Sequence record: OY723342.1
Direction: 5' to 3' (one strand)
Length of the DNA: 9,453 bases
This document shows, in pieces, positions 6,283-9,453 of this stretch. A program made the translations under genes and the position numbers. Under the pieces are notes generated by a model, which was given only the letters and a program-made list of their open reading frames with translations, was not told the DNA's origin and searched no databases. Within the stretch, counting starts at the first letter, position 1. Every line of letters starts with the position of its first letter.

Positions 6283-6563
6283 CCCTAAAACATGTATTTC
6301 GACCCATTTGGGGTCCTCATACCATGGCACCATCCTCTGTGCACATACCATGTATCTAGAGGATGTGGTCTCCATAGGTATCGTGGGCATATCCCCTACC
6401 CTATGATATAGGTACCATGCAGAGCATGTGTACTCCTTATAGCATATGTAGTGATCCCCATGGTGTCTAAGGGATCTGGTGATGTACTGGATATCACCAT
6501 AATCATGTAATCTGAGTACATCAAATCATGTGTTTTCATGTCATCAAATGCATGCAATATCAT
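6283..6563. repeat. Y segment (ortholog of 1385-1665)
   Basis: Offset +4898 from copy 1. Confidence 0.85.
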
Positions 6564-6943
6564 GATATCTGGTGTCTACTGGATACCCTCTATATATCAT
6601 ATAGTACCCAAATACCTGCAAGGGCGGATCCTTATGATTCCCCTTGTACGGATATGCTGTAGTACTAGTGTTAGTGGTACCCATAATGAGTACATATCGA
6701 GTACTTCATATCATCAGATCATGTGTTTCATGTCATCAAATGCATGCCATTACATGATATCTGGTGTCTACTGGATACTCCCTATATACCATATAGTACT
6801 CCATACACCTCTGCATGGTGTAATGGTACCTATACTCCCCATGTACTGTATACCATAGGATACATGGTACTAATGGTGTGTATGCTGTTGTACTAGTGGT
6901 ATTAGATGTGTATACCTACTCATAATGAGTACTTCATGTCATC

Positions 6944-6957
6944 AAAACACATGATTT
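6944..6957. other. 14-bp micro-inversion inside a monomer head
   Basis: aaaacacatgattt here is the exact reverse complement of aaatcatgtgtttt, found at the same place in other heads (e.g. 2047-2060). Flanking sequence gtcatc...catgtcatc is unchanged. Confidence 0.8.
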
Positions 6958-7021
6958 CATGTCATCAAATCTATGCAATTACATGATATTCCGTGTATCT
7001 AATGATGTGCTGGATACTCCC

Positions 7022-7154
7022 TAATGGCCATAATGGCTCTTAGAGGGTATGGGGATACTCCCCGTAGGCCTCTCGGTAGCCTGGATGTGCAGAGAGGGTA
7101 TTCCCTGTGGAGGTGGTCTCCTCAGGTATCCCGTATGCCATATCCTGTCATTAG
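7022..7154. repeat. X element, diverged full-length copy present only in unit 2
   Basis: Runs from taatggccataatggctcttagaggg to cctgtcattag. It is embedded in an extra sub-repeat monomer and has no counterpart at the equivalent place in copy 1. Confidence 0.85.
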
Positions 7155-7388
7155 ATGTGTATACCTACTCATTTCATGTCATCAAATCATGTGTTTTCAT
7201 GTCATCAAATGCATGCCAATACCATGATATCTGGTGTTACAGGGACTCCTCTAGATACCCATAGTACTCCATATACTCCCGTAATGGTGTAATGGTACCC
7301 GTAGCCCCCATGTCCTATATACCATAGGATACATGGTCTGCTGGTATGTATCTAGTAGTACTCGTTGCCTGTACCCCTCCGAAAGGGT

Positions 7389-7589
7389 CTAAATACACCA
7401 TTTTAGGGGTCCAAAACACCCATTTTAGGGTCCTAAAAGTGCTCATGGGGGTACCCCCACGAGCCCTTTTTATGACCATTTCTGGGCTTGATTTGCGGAC
7501 CCCTTTTGGGGGATTGAATCACCCGTTTTGGGTCCTCCAGAAAGGTGCCAAAAGTGGTCATTTTAGACACCCCAAATCATGTATTTGGA
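7389..7589. repeat. Dyad-motif cluster (copy-2 ortholog of 2252-2452)
   Basis: Offset +5137. ORF 7346..7693 repeats the peptide of 2209..2562 up to a 1-bp indel near the end. Confidence 0.7.
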
Positions 7590-7868
7590 CCCTTTTGGGG
7601 ACCTCATACCATGTCACCATCCTCTGTGCACATACCATGTATCTAGAGGATATGGTCTCCATAGGTATCATGAGGGATACCCCTACCCTATGATATAGGT
7701 ACCATGCAGAGCATGTGTACTCCTTATAGCATATGTAGTGATCCCCATGGTCTCTAAGGGATCTGGTGATGCACTGGATATCACCATAATCATGTAATCT
7801 GAGTACATCAAATCATGTGTTTTCATGTCATCAAATGCATGCAAGTACATGATATCTGGTGTTACTGG
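7570..7868. repeat. Y segment (ortholog of 2433-2733)
   Basis: Offset +5137/+5136 from copy 1. Here the tail keeps an intact monomer head (catcaaatgcatgc at 7829). Confidence 0.85.
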
Positions 7869-8440
7869 ATACCCTCATAGATACATATAGTACTCCATAC
7901 ACCTCTGTAATGGTGGTATGTACCTGTATGCCCCATGTACTGTATACTACTGTATACATGGTACTAATGGTGTACATGGTGTAGTACTAGAGGTATTAGA
8001 TGTGTATGCATACTACTAATGAGTACATGTAGACACCACATGCTCTGCAAGTTGGACCTTCTTCCAGTTCCCTTGAGGGATATGGGGTCCACTGGTACAT
8101 GGGGTATATACTGCAGGTATCCCCTATACTGTACATAGTACTAGTAATGGTGTATACTGAGTACTTAGTGTGTATGCATACTGTTAATGAGTACATCGAA
8201 TCATGTGTTTCATGTCATCAAATGCATGCAAGTACATGATATCTGGTGTCTACTGGATACTCCCTATATACCATATAGTACTCCATACACCTCTGCATGG
8301 TGTAATGGTACCTATACTCCCATGTACTGTATACCATAGGATACATGGTACTAATGGTGTGTATGCTGTTGTACTAGTGGTATTAGATGTGTATACCTAC
8401 TCATAATGAGTACTTCATGTCATCAAATGCATGCATTTAC
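7806..8440. repeat. Array of sub-repeat monomers (interrupted by a 168-bp unit-2-specific block)
   Basis: Heads at 7829, 8216 and 8421, giving spacings of 387 and 205 bp. The monomer at 7829 shares the diagnostic word aatggtggtatg with the copy-1 monomer at 3408. Confidence 0.85.
8029..8196. other. Unit-2-specific 168-bp block bounded by 27-bp direct repeats
   Basis: gtgtatgcatactactaatgagtacat at 8002-8028 and gtgtatgcatactgttaatgagtacat at 8170-8196 match at 25 of 27 positions. The sequence between them has no counterpart in copy 1. Confidence 0.75.
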
Positions 8441-9017
8441 ATGATGATACTGCTCATGAGTACCTACCCGTAGTAGTATACATGTAGTATCCATGGTATA
8501 CATAGTACTCGTAGTGTATGCTGTTAGGCTATGATGTAGGGGGTATCCCGTACCCCTCATACCATCCGTGCATACTACTAGTATCCTGTATATCACTAGA
8601 TACTGTATATGATCATACGTGCAAACCATGTGTTTAGATGTCTCGAAACATGTGTTTTGGTGTCATGACATACACATTCTATACTACTAATGAGTACCTG
8701 TACATGGTATGTGCTGTAAGGGATACTAGGGGATATGGTGTATACCTCTAATGGGGCATATGCTGCCATTAGGGATACCCCCAATACCTGTAGTACTCTG
8801 TATAGCTCATTATGCCATGATATGCAATAGTAGTGGATTCGCTCATCTCGACTAGATCATGTCACGAAATGACATGTTTTGGGAGGTGTGCCGATACCCA
8901 CTAGTAACACAGATACTGTATGGTATGCAGGTATCCCCATTCCCTCGATAAAGAGGCATCAGGGGATATGCACATGCCACCAGTACACTAAGGACTCCAA
9001 GGGGTGCCAAAAGGGGT

Positions 9018-9036
9018 CCAAAAGTGCTCATTTTAG
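9018..9036. repeat. Dyad motif (copy-2 ortholog of 4429-4447)
   Basis: Offset +4589; identical to copy 1. Confidence 0.65.
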
Positions 9037-9150
9037 GGGTACCCGTAAATGGCATAATTGCCCCGATTTCGCGTACTCATATTCCTAAGGTCACTGTAAG
9101 GAATATGGTCTCCGGCGATGGCATTCCCATTGTGTGCATCCGAAAAGGGC

Positions 9151-9256
9151 ATAAAATGACCCATTTTAGGCACTTTTGGGCCTTTTGGGGTCGCAAATGT
9201 GCACATTAAGACCCCTAATGTCTCCAAAAGGGTCCAAAATGATGCATTCGTTTTCT
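9151..9256. repeat. Dyad-motif cluster (copy-2 ortholog of 4562-4667)
   Basis: Offset +4589; identical to copy 1. Confidence 0.6.
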
Positions 9257-9277
9257 GTCTGACTCGGATCCGCCCTT

Positions 9278-9296
9278 CGCGCGCGCGCGCGTGTGT
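9278..9296. repeat. (CG)7(TG)2 alternating purine-pyrimidine tract (copy 2)
   Basis: Identical tract at offset +4589. Confidence 0.92.
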
Positions 9297-9453
9297 TACT
9301 ATACACTAAGGGCACACAATTTAGGGGTTCCGAGCACCTCCAGACCCCCAATCCGACACCCTCTGGGATACCCTATCTGAGGGGTACGGGCCCGAATCCC
9401 TTAGGAGCACCTTAGGGATGGCATTGGGGAGGGGTCTGGGAGCACCCAGAAAG

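Larger units (their letters stand above)
6519..7352. repeat. Array of sub-repeat monomers (4 monomers; one extra relative to copy 1)
   Basis: Heads at 6542, 6734, 6963 and 7203, giving spacings of 192, 229 and 240 bp. In the third monomer the body is replaced by an X element. Confidence 0.88.
4865..9453. repeat. Macro tandem-repeat unit, copy 2 (4589 bp, non-coding)
   Basis: Same order of segments as copy 1. It starts with ggtcccaaaacgagtg, like position 1, and ends with agcacccagaaag, like 4852-4864. The length difference comes from block indels inside the sub-repeat arrays plus the 12-bp minisatellite. Confidence 0.97.

Noticed and set aside
1-9453. CRISPR array
   Set aside because: The short dyad motifs are degenerate, about 18 bp long and spaced about 21-24 bp apart, with no unique spacers of matching size. 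The 190-230-bp monomers are far too long. No cas-like ORF is present.
1-9453. Insertion sequence, transposon, integron cassette array, prophage or plasmid backbone
   Set aside because: There is no transposase, integrase, replication or structural ORF, and there are no long terminal inverted repeats. There are no attC-like sites bounding ORF cassettes. The only TIR-like feature is the weak 5+5-bp end symmetry of the 133-bp X element.
1-9453. rRNA genes or an rDNA intergenic spacer
   Set aside because: None of the universally conserved SSU or LSU words I looked for is present (for example gtgccagcagccgcggtaa). Two complete units pass without any rRNA-like block.

Overview
I find no convincing protein-coding gene, rRNA, tRNA, CRISPR array, transposase or other gene-encoded system in this 9,453-bp window. 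The window is two head-to-tail copies of one large non-coding repeat unit: copy 1 is 1-4864 and copy 2 is 4865-9453. The window ends sit in exactly the same phase as the internal junction. The sequence therefore closes on itself like a circle, or it is exactly two units of a longer array, or it is an assembler circularisation artefact. Each unit is built from smaller repeats. These are (a) clusters of a dyad-symmetric motif CYAAAW-N6-7-WTTTRG spaced about 21-24 bp apart, which places A-tracts and T-tracts about every 10-11 bp. Next are (b) arrays of 190-230-bp monomers whose heads carry direct 14-mers and perfect palindromes. The remaining components are (c) a 133-bp element, called X here, with a 64-bp invariant core and small hairpins, (d) an older ~280-bp intra-unit duplication, called Y here, (e) a 12-bp minisatellite present as 2 versus 5 copies, and (f) a (CG)7(TG)2 tract. 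The two units look identical over roughly 0.7 kb and 1.0 kb. They differ mainly by whole-block gains and losses inside the monomer arrays (about 718 bp, 240 bp and 170 bp) and by one 14-bp micro-inversion. All listed ORFs are 117 aa or shorter. They overlap on both strands, lie inside repeats, and are broken by 1-bp indels between copies, so I treat them as noise. Zero coding density with satellite-like architecture is atypical for bacterial, archaeal or phage DNA. It looks more like a eukaryotic higher-order satellite or a non-coding extrachromosomal or organellar circle, but I cannot assign an organism or a function from sequence alone. Any novelty here is architectural: possible circularity, a phased dyad-site array and the X element. 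All functional readings below are hypotheses.
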